DNA from: Candidatus Woesearchaeota archaeon | GTDB taxonomy: Archaea; Nanobdellota; Nanobdellia; Pacearchaeales; GW2011-AR1 | Assembly: GCA_964639615.1 (NCBI GenBank) | Contig: CAZXHH010000003.1 | Span: forward strand, 18,294 to 82,293 | Length of the DNA: 64,000 bases | Direction of reading: 5' to 3' | In this document: positions 25,915-34,965 of the stretch, piece by piece | Position numbering within the stretch: position 1 is the first letter of the stretch | How the letters are laid out: every line of letters starts with the position of its first letter | The notes under the pieces: generated by a model | Database searches by the model: none | What the model was told of the DNA's origin: nothing | The model's input: only the letters and a program-made list of their open reading frames with translations | Translations under genes and position numbers: made by a program

Positions 25915-28900
25915 TTAGGCTGTTGCAGGTTTTCCAATTGCATAAACTACATAATCTGCTGTTGGAGATTCATCAAATTTAAGATTCAATTGAACTTCTC
26001 TAAACACTCTTCTATTAACTCTTAAATTCTCAAATGCACTTGGGAATAAATTTGCATCTCCAAATCCAATCCAATCAAATACTTCTGCTTTTCCTGAAGT
26101 TTTGTCAACCCAGTTTAAGAAAACAACACTATGAATTTCATTTCCAGGCCAAGTTATAGAAAGTATATCTCCTTCCTCAATTGTATCTTTATTAATATCA
26201 GTATTTTTACTGCACAAATCAGTATCTCTCTTTACTATTCCATCTTTTAAACAATATGTAAACGAACCCCAAGCAACATTTGCTGAAAGATAAAGATGCT
26301 GAGTACTATCAAAACAATTAGGATATGATGTTCCGCTATCATAATCCCTAACAACAGGGATTCCTTTCCATACCCAAATCGAACTACTCTTATCAATCTC
26401 TGCTCTCTGAGAAGAAGTTAAAGTATCATATTTTACAAAAGGTGTCCCTTTCAATTCTTCTGCAGCATTAAGAATTCTATTCCTAGTGCTTTGACTACTT
26501 AAATAATCGCACTTGTTATTAATTACTCCGCCGCTTATCCATTTATTGTTAACACAATTCAGAGTTAAAGTTCCAACACATTTATTTTCTCCACTTGTAC
26601 AAGTTCCAAAAACATATCCGCACTTTCCATCAATTTGTCCCTTATTTAACCAAGAAGTTCCAGAGCAAGTATAATAATTTGTTCCGTCACATTTCTCTTG
26701 ATTTGTTGTGCAAGTTAGTGTTGATGTAGAGGGAGGAGTAATTGGAACAAGAGGAGTAACATACCCGCATTTTCCATTGACCTTTCCTTTATTTACCCAA
26801 GCGTTATTTGTACATTGATAATAAGTTGTTCCATCACATTTCTCTTGATTTGTTGTGCAAGTTAGTGTTGAAGATAAAATAATTGGATTTCCATCTTTCA
26901 TTACTGCTCCTTTGTCTTTAAGTATTTTTTTACCCTCTTCATAATTTTTATCTTTGAGAGCAAGAATTAGATAATTATTTTCATTAATTGATTTAACAAT
27001 GTCGCTATTTTTATTATACTCTTCCATTAACCCGCTATCTATTGGCCCTACTGGATTATAAGCAGTCCCACCTATACTCCAATACCATCCATTATTTTGT
27101 TTAAGATATTTATAATAGATTGTATATTTATCTAAAAACTTAAAAACAAAAACGCTTGTAGCTGCACTTGGATCTGAAGAATCAGTAGATAATTTATTTG
27201 TCGTAGTTGTTGAAATTATTTTTTCATCACAGCTTCCAATAAATGCTTGCTCTGTATAAACACAATCTTTCTTTAATTTCATCTCAATAGCTTTACATTC
27301 TTCTCTATCGCAAAAATTAAGTAAACCTGTTCCACATTCAGAACAAGATTTTACATAAAGGAAAATATTTCTTTCAGCAGTTGTAAACATAGACAGTAAA
27401 ACATCCTTATCATAATTTGTACATGGAGGATTTATTTTTTCATAATCACAATCAGAAGAAATTATAGTGCTTATAGGAGTTTGTGTAGTAGAAGTAGATG
27501 TACTACTTGATGTTGTAGAACTTGATGATGAACTAGTAGAAGTTGAAGAACTTGAAGTTCCAGTATTAGTAGAAGTAGTGCTACTTGAAGAAGTTGTTGT
27601 GACAGATTCTAAAACAATTTTACTTCCATCTTCCATTTCAGCATCATTATTATTCAATATCTTTTTTCCTTCAGAATAACTCTTTCCATTAATTAAACTG
27701 ATAACTTCTGAAATGCTAGATGATGGAGTTTTACCCGAATATTTTCCACTAGCAACTGTTGTAGTAGAAGAAGGCATCCAAGTTGAATAATCAGAATAAG
27801 GAGTCCATTTCCAACCAGAATCATATTTAAAGTATATATTTGAACCTCCAGTAAGTCTTACAAATATGTTTCTTTTAATTACAAAAATTTCTGTTTTTTG
27901 CTGCGAAGACAAAGGTGTTGTAGTTGTAGTTTGTGTTACTGGTGAAGATTCCAAAATTATTTCGCTTCCATCTTCCATCATAGCACCATTAATTTTTAAG
28001 ATTGATTTACCCTCGGAATAACTTTTTCCATTAATTGAATTTATTATCTCGAGATTATCTGATCTAGGACTTTCTCCTTTATACTCTCCTGTAGTTACTT
28101 CTGTTTGAGAACTATCCATCCAATTTGTTTTATCTGGAGACCATTTCCATCCATTGTTATATTTATAATATAATCTATCTCCACTAAAATCAAATAATCT
28201 AGTTGTAAAGAAAACTTCAACTTTTTGCTGTGAACTCGAAGTTGCTGGAGCAGATAAACTCTTACCATTGTATAAATCAACTAATTCATAATAAATTTTT
28301 TCAACATTTTCAACATAATTATTATCTCCTGTACATCCCCAACCATTGTATCCTCTTAATGCAGCTTCCCATCCAGAATAACTTCCTATAATCAATCCAT
28401 TACACATAAAATTCCTAGTTCCAGAAGAAGGTTTATAATTTTGTTTCAAAATTTTAGCACCAACATTAATATTTTGCTGTTCATCTTCTAATAAAACTCC
28501 TTTACATTTTGTTAAATCAATAGGCAAACCTAAAGCAAGACTTCCTTTACCACAATGAACTTTTGCATTCACTTGCATTAAACCAATATCTCCTCCAGCA
28601 GATTCTACAGATTTACAATTGCTTTCATGCATCATAATTGCCAACAAAAGAAGCTGATCTGGAATATCATTATTTGTAGAAGCATCAGTAATCCATCTTG
28701 CATAATCCTCACACTTTGTACCACAATAACATTTGTAATTTGAATTGAATACGCTTGTTGAAAGAGATTTCATTAAATCTGCTAATCTATAAGTATTTCT
28801 TTCTTCAAAAGATTTTTCAAGAGTGTTTAGTTTTCCTTCATCATAAACTTTCTTAAAATAAGCTGATTTGTAATCAAATAAGATTGCTGCTCCTTGATAT

Positions 28901-31900
28901 AAATCAGTCAATTCTAGCAATTTTGCAACTTCAATTTGGTCTTGATTAAATTCTTTATTCTCTCCATACACACTATTCCAATCTGTGCTATACTTATCTT
29001 TTAACTTCCACTCCCATCTAGAATATTCTTGATTATATTTATAATAAATTGTTCTCATAGATTTCTCTGAATGGTCAGAAAATTCTACTGTAAATAATCC
29101 AGTATTATCCATCAAAGTTAATTCATTTGTTTTATCTGAAAGTTCAGCACTATCATCTTTTTGAAGCTCATCAATTAATACCTGCATTCCACCAATATAA
29201 TCTCCGTTTTTATTCTGGAGATATTTAATTATTTTAAGATAATTTTCTTCTGTAACTGGATTGGTATATCCCTTTCCAAGCTCTTCAACATTATACCATG
29301 CACCTTCAGCTTTTTGGCATCCATTAGCAAATTGCCACTTTCCATCTTTAAATCTAAAGCAACGATCATTTAATGAAAAAATATTCTTATCATTAAAGAA
29401 TAATTTGGGAGAATTATAATTGTCATTAAATTCTTTATCAAATTCTGGCTTTATAATTTCAGCATTTTTGCCTATTGGAACATCTTCATTGTTTATATTT
29501 AATGTAATATCTTCCATACAAATTCCAAGATCCACATCACATCCTTTTTCACATTTTTTTCTAACAATAGGACCTTTCTCACAAACTCCTGTCTCAGGGT
29601 CTTGCATTCCAAAATAAGTATTTGAAACATAAGGGTCATTAGCATCTATTCCACAAAAATCTCTACATGGAAATTCTACTTTAACTTTTGTTAAAGCCAT
29701 ATCTGAATAAGATTTTCCTCTTAAAAAGAAAAGCTGTCCTTTTTGATTGCTAAAAAATACTTTCTCAATTATTGCATTAATTAATTCTATTTTCTTTAAT
29801 GGAGATCCTTCAGCGTTTATCTCTTCAAGCTTAAGATTAAATGCTTCCTCACTTAGATAATCCTCAGACAAATATTGAAATGATTCTTGTCCAACTTCAT
29901 CTAAAGCTTTTTGTTCTAAATTCATTGCTTTAATAACACTCTTAACGCTATCAGTATCTATCCAACATCCGATATTATCATTTCCACAAGAACCAACTCT
30001 TTTCCATTTTGCATTCTCTAATCCAGCATTTATATCTGTTCCTTGCCCAGGGTCATCGGTCGCACAAATTCTTGTTATTCCTTGAGCATAAATTTGTGGG
30101 TCAATTAAATTATTAGCTGCGCTTTCAAGATTTAGATTTAACAAGCTGTACAAACTTGCACTTCCAGAAATACATTCCTTTTCAGTTTTAATATCTGTTT
30201 GTGAAGCTTGCTGTGTAAGATATAAATCATCCAAATAATTTAAACCAAATGAAGTTGAAACTTCCTTAAACCCACATTCTAATTGTCCGTTTACCTCAAC
30301 GCATAATTCACTATATCCAGAAGGTGCAGTAAAGTCAGTTGTATTTGAAGTGTACCCTCCCTTAGCAATATATCCTGAAGCAACTATCCTGTTTTGAACA
30401 GTATCAAGATAATATGAACTTCCTGAACCTCTTAAATAAACCTTGTAATATGCTCCAGTATCTTTCCCTGCATAAATATGGAAATAAACTTTATAATGTG
30501 ATGTTGGTGGATTTGTAACTGTTGTTAATTGATTTTCATCAAATTTAGCTGTAAATTGTACAGGAGAATCTGGTTCAACTAAATTATCTAAGAAGCTTCC
30601 ACTTCCAGGATAACTTGCTGAAACAAATGTTCCACACAATTCGCTTCCAACCTCTTCAGTTGAACGTACCTTAAATGCTCTATAAGAATCTTCAGCATAA
30701 TATTGTTTGAAATAATCTATTGAATTCTGAGCTGTTTCAAAAGCAGATGAAATTGCTTGATACTCTCCTCCGCCTTTTTTATTCTCTCCAGTTATAACAC
30801 CCAATAATTTTGGAAGAGCAGTTTTTATTATAGGCAATGATTGCTTCCAGAAAAATTCACAAGTGTAAATACTATTAATCTCATCGCATATTCCTATTGT
30901 TTCTCCTGTTTCAATACTTCTTTGCAAACAATCTTTGTAAGATTTCTGAATTGAAAGCCAACTATCAATACCAGTATAAATTCCAGACAAACAGAATGGA
31001 ACATAAACATCTCCTCCTGCCCACTTTGCATTTGGATAACAAAGAGCAATACTCCCAATTATTCCAGATTGAATTACATTTTGAACAGGATATTTTCCTC
31101 CCAAATCACATCTTGAACTTGGACAAATTACAGGATCACATAAATTAAATAATGTAGCACAATCTTTTGCAGACATGAAATCAGTACATTGCGTTGCAGG
31201 ATTTTGTACAGCAGGTTCTCCAACCTTCATCTTTCTTCCATTAATCTTAACATAATTTACATTCTCTTGAGAAGCTCTAGCATTTTGTGCAGCTTGAATT
31301 GCATTGTCTGCTTTTACAACCAATTGATAACTTTCATCTTCTTTTAATCCAGGGAAATTAGTATATTTCTGACCAGTATTCAAATTGAACAATTGGCAGA
31401 TATCATCTCCAAAATCTTGAAGAGAAAATTCTTCTATTCCATTTGCTCCAACATTACATACCCAGAAGCTTGTAACTCTTCCAGATAAATCATATGAAGT
31501 CTCAGGATGTTTAATTCCAGCGTACCATCCATCTTTAACATCGAAGGGTACAACAGCAGGCAATCCCTTATATGGAGAGGTTTCATAATATTTCAATAGA
31601 ATATCTTTATTTCCATAAGAAGATTTGTAAGTATTCTTATAAGATAACTCATTGTATAATTTAAAATGTAAATCAAATGGATTCTGTTTGCCTTTTTCTT
31701 TATCAACTATCTTCAATTCTTCAACACCATTATTAATAACAATTTCATATGTTTGTAAAACAACTCCATCTTTTGGATTATCATAAATAACAAGGTACTC
31801 TTTTGCACTATTTGAAGTCTTTAATGCAAAAGCATAATTTTCTGGAGAAATTGGAGTTTCATCAAATTTCTCAATATTTACATTTGCATAATGAGTTGAT

Positions 31901-34900
31901 TTAAGTTGAACAGGATTAGTCACTTGTATTTCCTGCATTTTTACAATTTTATCAAATGACCCAACCAATGTGTTATCTCCCATACCTGTTCTCTGCTCAA
32001 AGGTATTTTGGACAACAAATTCTTTTGCATTATTTGCAACATCTGCCAAAGAAGAAGTTAATCTTGTTTGTACAACTTCATTAGTAGGGCTATTCTTTAA
32101 AGCTAAAGCATACAATTCTATTTCTCTCAATTGTTCAATAGTATACTTGTTATTCTCCCATCCATCAGTTGTTAAAATTTTATTTAAATTTTCAATTTGA
32201 AGTTCCTTTTTCTGATCATCTGTTAGAGAATTTAATGTGGTCCTTACACTTTCTGAATAATCATCAACAAATCCTTTTTGATTAACATAATTTTGAGCAA
32301 TTCCTTTTTCATCATTCATATTAGCATTTTCAAATTTCTTAATTTCTTCATCCTGATATTTCATTAAAGAATAATAGCTATTAACATCTGATTCAATTGC
32401 ATCTGCATTATCCAAGAAACATGCGTCCATTGATTTATACTGCTTTTCAGAATACATCTCATTACATCTTTCATTCCATCCTCCAGCACCATTCATAACT
32501 TCCTGTCTTGCAATTGATTTTCCACCAACATTTGCAATTAAATTTTTGAAAGTCAAAACAGCTCCTGCTCCCATACAAGCAGACTTCATTGTCTTAACAA
32601 CACTATAAAGAGCATCGGAAGCCTTTTGCCAGTTTTCAATTGATTTATTTAATTGATTGATTCTATCTTTTGTCATTTCTGGAGAAAACTTAAATGGAGA
32701 AACTCTTTTTTCAATACCAATTTTATAACTAAAAGTACTATTACTCTTTGCAAATTTTATTTCTGGAGTTACAGATACTTTTGCTATTTTATTTAAATGA
32801 GTCTCTGTAATTGTAAAACTATATCCACCATGCGTTTCAGACATTCCCTTTTTAAGAGTATAACTATTTGTTTCAAAAGCTTTACTCAATGTTGACCTAT
32901 CTCCCAAATTTAATTTTAATTCAACTGAATCCCCATCAATAGATTGAAGCATAATGAATTCTGGAGTTTCTGCTTCTTTCTCTCTAAATCCTTTAAGAAT
33001 AATTTGTTTATCTTTCATCAAATCGAAAACTTCAGTTTTTCCGTTAGGCCCAGTCACTAAAATTTTAGCACTATAATCTCTTAAACTTGGTTCTTTAATT
33101 TCTTCCAAAGAAATAACCTTTGTAATTCCATTGATTGTTATATCCTTAGAAGAAATTTGAGAATTTGAAAGATGCAATTCGTCTGCACACATATATAAGC
33201 TTCTATAAGAAAATGGATAACTCTCTTCATATTTTTTACATAATTCAAGCATACTCTTTCTCTGTCCAGCCCAACTTGCAAGATAAATTTCTTCATACAA
33301 TGCTTTTTGCCCTAATGTCTCCTCTGAATTTTCTTTTTCGAGTTCTCCAGAAAATCTATTAATCACTGTTTCAAAATCATCCATTGCATTTTGATAGTAT
33401 GTATTAAATTCTTCGTCTTTAATTTCTAAATTTTCAGCATTTGCAAATCCCCCAAGAATAACGAAATTTCCTTCAACATTTTCTTCTTTTTGATTGTAAT
33501 ATAAATCATAAAAAGATTCACCTTTAATTACCCACTTTCCAAATTGCATTGTTTTTCCTGCAATATAATTTGCAAATTTACTTGTTGCGTCTAATGCTGA
33601 TGCTCCGCTTGATGAAACATGTTTAACAGTATTTGCATGAGAGGCTACTGACTCAAGTTCATCATCAGTTAACACCTCCTTATGTACTGGTAAAGCAACA
33701 AGATAAGCATACAATTTATTAAAATCAGTAGAATCATCTTCTGTTCCAACATACCCTAAATAAACTGATTTTGTTCCATCAGCTGTTTTATACAACCAAT
33801 CTCCAACATTATATACTCCTTCTTTTCCATTGATTGTTAAATTAATCTGAGGGAAAACTCTTAAAGTAAATGCTTTTCTTTCACTTGCTTCATCTGCTCC
33901 ACTACATCTTATTGTTACATCAGAATTAACTCCATTTTTATTCATATCAATTACCTTACATTTATTATCATAGAACATTTCATCTTCTGCAACTTCAGAA
34001 TAATCTTCATTTACTTTTAGACTCGCTCTTGTTTGCGGGTCTTCAACACCATTAAGAGTTAATTTCAAACTTGAAAGACATGGGCTTATTCCTGGAAGAT
34101 AGATTTTATCTGCTGTTGATTCACCTTCTTTCAATTTTATATTAGAGGCGTATTTCGCAAGGCTAAATTCTCTATCTCGCTTAGACAATCCACTTGCAAC
34201 TTCACTATCAGAATAAATTGAAATAGTTGCTGTTTTATCATCCCCGTCAACAGACTCTGCTCTTAAATATCCTCTTCCCTGCCAGAAACTGTAATGTTTA
34301 TAATTGTCTTGCCACTCTTCATCATCCTCAAATACTGGAAGATAAAATACTGCTTTTCCTATTCCATAACTATTCTCAACATCGTAAGTTAGCTCTGCAG
34401 TTAAATTTCCTTCAACCCAACAAACCTCTCCTCCTAATCCTCCTGCTGCTTTTTTACAATTTTTTAATGCAGATTCATTTGGTTGCTGTCTTAGAGTAAT
34501 CATTACATATCCGAGATTTTGCAAAGTTGCTGGATTTTCTAATTTTTGCACATTATATGAAGAACCTAATGCTGCTTGTGCAGGCTGATAGCCCAAGTTT
34601 AATACTTCTTTTGGATGCTGACCAGAAAAAGTAATCCAATCAATTGCTTTAACGTCTACAAAAGGATTGATTTGCAAAGCGTTTAATTGACAAAAAACAC
34701 GTACATTTTCTTCCTCCAATAAATCGCTTCTAACAACAGCTGGAGTACAACTCAATGGGGCTATTTGCATTATAAAATCTGTTCCCTGAGTACACATCTC
34801 GTCGTTAATTCTCAAACTTTGCGAATTTGAGAAAATACCAAGACCCATTGCATTGTTATACTGACTTGAATAATAAGATTGAACATAAGCTGAAGTAAAT

Positions 34901-34965
34901 ACTAAAGAAAATAAGAATACAGCCAAAAACAAAATACTAATAACTAATTTTTTAGAAAAATTCAT
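25915..34965 (-). CDS. Giant (3016 aa) secreted multidomain surface protein carrying an SLT lytic-transglycosylase domain
   Basis: Signal peptide (MNFSKKLVISILFLAVFLFSLVFTSAYVQ), ~2000 aa of unassigned N-terminal region, an SLT domain, three ~95-aa repeat modules, a Ser/Thr-rich linker, Cys-rich modules and a C-terminal Cys/His domain. Its start ATG overlaps the upstream gene's stop. Confidence 0.8.
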   Translation of the reverse strand: MNFSKKLVISILFLAVFLFSLVFTSAYVQSYYSSQYNNAMGLGIFSNSQSLRINDEMCTQGTDFIMQIAPLSCTPAVVRSDLLEEENVRVFCQLNALQINPFVDVKAIDWITFSGQHPKEVLNLGYQPAQAALGSSYNVQKLENPATLQNLGYVMITLRQQPNESALKNCKKAAGGLGGEVCWVEGNLTAELTYDVENSYGIGKAVFYLPVFEDDEEWQDNYKHYSFWQGRGYLRAESVDGDDKTATISIYSDSEVASGLSKRDREFSLAKYASNIKLKEGESTADKIYLPGISPCLSSLKLTLNGVEDPQTRASLKVNEDYSEVAEDEMFYDNKCKVIDMNKNGVNSDVTIRCSGADEASERKAFTLRVFPQINLTINGKEGVYNVGDWLYKTADGTKSVYLGYVGTEDDSTDFNKLYAYLVALPVHKEVLTDDELESVASHANTVKHVSSSGASALDATSKFANYIAGKTMQFGKWVIKGESFYDLYYNQKEENVEGNFVILGGFANAENLEIKDEEFNTYYQNAMDDFETVINRFSGELEKENSEETLGQKALYEEIYLASWAGQRKSMLELCKKYEESYPFSYRSLYMCADELHLSNSQISSKDITINGITKVISLEEIKEPSLRDYSAKILVTGPNGKTEVFDLMKDKQIILKGFREKEAETPEFIMLQSIDGDSVELKLNLGDRSTLSKAFETNSYTLKKGMSETHGGYSFTITETHLNKIAKVSVTPEIKFAKSNSTFSYKIGIEKRVSPFKFSPEMTKDRINQLNKSIENWQKASDALYSVVKTMKSACMGAGAVLTFKNLIANVGGKSIARQEVMNGAGGWNERCNEMYSEKQYKSMDACFLDNADAIESDVNSYYSLMKYQDEEIKKFENANMNDEKGIAQNYVNQKGFVDDYSESVRTTLNSLTDDQKKELQIENLNKILTTDGWENNKYTIEQLREIELYALALKNSPTNEVVQTRLTSSLADVANNAKEFVVQNTFEQRTGMGDNTLVGSFDKIVKMQEIQVTNPVQLKSTHYANVNIEKFDETPISPENYAFALKTSNSAKEYLVIYDNPKDGVVLQTYEIVINNGVEELKIVDKEKGKQNPFDLHFKLYNELSYKNTYKSSYGNKDILLKYYETSPYKGLPAVVPFDVKDGWYAGIKHPETSYDLSGRVTSFWVCNVGANGIEEFSLQDFGDDICQLFNLNTGQKYTNFPGLKEDESYQLVVKADNAIQAAQNARASQENVNYVKINGRKMKVGEPAVQNPATQCTDFMSAKDCATLFNLCDPVICPSSRCDLGGKYPVQNVIQSGIIGSIALCYPNAKWAGGDVYVPFCLSGIYTGIDSWLSIQKSYKDCLQRSIETGETIGICDEINSIYTCEFFWKQSLPIIKTALPKLLGVITGENKKGGGEYQAISSAFETAQNSIDYFKQYYAEDSYRAFKVRSTEEVGSELCGTFVSASYPGSGSFLDNLVEPDSPVQFTAKFDENQLTTVTNPPTSHYKVYFHIYAGKDTGAYYKVYLRGSGSSYYLDTVQNRIVASGYIAKGGYTSNTTDFTAPSGYSELCVEVNGQLECGFKEVSTSFGLNYLDDLYLTQQASQTDIKTEKECISGSASLYSLLNLNLESAANNLIDPQIYAQGITRICATDDPGQGTDINAGLENAKWKRVGSCGNDNIGCWIDTDSVKSVIKAMNLEQKALDEVGQESFQYLSEDYLSEEAFNLKLEEINAEGSPLKKIELINAIIEKVFFSNQKGQLFFLRGKSYSDMALTKVKVEFPCRDFCGIDANDPYVSNTYFGMQDPETGVCEKGPIVRKKCEKGCDVDLGICMEDITLNINNEDVPIGKNAEIIKPEFDKEFNDNYNSPKLFFNDKNIFSLNDRCFRFKDGKWQFANGCQKAEGAWYNVEELGKGYTNPVTEENYLKIIKYLQNKNGDYIGGMQVLIDELQKDDSAELSDKTNELTLMDNTGLFTVEFSDHSEKSMRTIYYKYNQEYSRWEWKLKDKYSTDWNSVYGENKEFNQDQIEVAKLLELTDLYQGAAILFDYKSAYFKKVYDEGKLNTLEKSFEERNTYRLADLMKSLSTSVFNSNYKCYCGTKCEDYARWITDASTNNDIPDQLLLLAIMMHESNCKSVESAGGDIGLMQVNAKVHCGKGSLALGLPIDLTKCKGVLLEDEQQNINVGAKILKQNYKPSSGTRNFMCNGLIIGSYSGWEAALRGYNGWGCTGDNNYVENVEKIYYELVDLYNGKSLSAPATSSSQQKVEVFFTTRLFDFSGDRLYYKYNNGWKWSPDKTNWMDSSQTEVTTGEYKGESPRSDNLEIINSINGKSYSEGKSILKINGAMMEDGSEIILESSPVTQTTTTTPLSSQQKTEIFVIKRNIFVRLTGGSNIYFKYDSGWKWTPYSDYSTWMPSSTTTVASGKYSGKTPSSSISEVISLINGKSYSEGKKILNNNDAEMEDGSKIVLESVTTTSSSSTTSTNTGTSSSSTSTSSSSSSTTSSSTSTSTTQTPISTIISSDCDYEKINPPCTNYDKDVLLSMFTTAERNIFLYVKSCSECGTGLLNFCDREECKAIEMKLKKDCVYTEQAFIGSCDEKIISTTTTNKLSTDSSDPSAATSVFVFKFLDKYTIYYKYLKQNNGWYWSIGGTAYNPVGPIDSGLMEEYNKNSDIVKSINENNYLILALKDKNYEEGKKILKDKGAVMKDGNPIILSSTLTCTTNQEKCDGTTYYQCTNNAWVNKGKVNGKCGYVTPLVPITPPSTSTLTCTTNQEKCDGTNYYTCSGTSWLNKGQIDGKCGYVFGTCTSGENKCVGTLTLNCVNNKWISGGVINNKCDYLSSQSTRNRILNAAEELKGTPFVKYDTLTSSQRAEIDKSSSIWVWKGIPVVRDYDSGTSYPNCFDSTQHLYLSANVAWGSFTYCLKDGIVKRDTDLCSKNTDINKDTIEEGDILSITWPGNEIHSVVFLNWVDKTSGKAEVFDWIGFGDANLFPSAFENLRVNRRVFREVQLNLKFDESPTADYVVYAIGKPATA
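26545..26900 (-). repeat. Three tandem Cys-rich ~37-aa modules within the giant protein
   Basis: LTCTTNQEKCDGTTYYQCTNNAWVNKGKVNGKCGYV occurs twice near-identically and a third time diverged. The DNA repeat CCGTCACATTTCTCTTGATTTGTTGTGCAAGTTAGTGTTGA occurs at ~26685 and ~26835. Confidence 0.6.
27465..27612 (-). repeat. Ser/Thr-rich low-complexity linker within the giant protein
   Basis: Translates to TTTSSSSTTSTNTGTSSSSTSTSSSSSSTTSSSTSTSTTQTP, a likely O-glycosylated stalk. The DNA is GTAGAAGT-like repeats. Confidence 0.6.
28276..28715 (-). other. SLT (family-1 lytic transglycosylase / lysozyme-like) domain within the giant protein
   Basis: Motifs AIMMHESNCKSVESAGGDIGLMQVN (ES...GLMQ), NINVGAKILKQNY and ALRGYNGWG match the SLT catalytic-Glu, N..GA.YL and AYNAG blocks. 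This spans about protein residues 2085..2230. Confidence 0.7.

Noticed and set aside
27467-34499. Plus-strand ORFs inside the giant gene (27467..27679, 29420..29617, 30897..31148, 31970..32200, 33165..33362, 34227..34499) and minus-strand 28095..28280
   Set aside because: They are embedded in, or antisense to, the 9-kb continuous coding frame. 27467..27679 is simply the complement of the Ser/Thr-rich linker, hence Val/Glu-rich.
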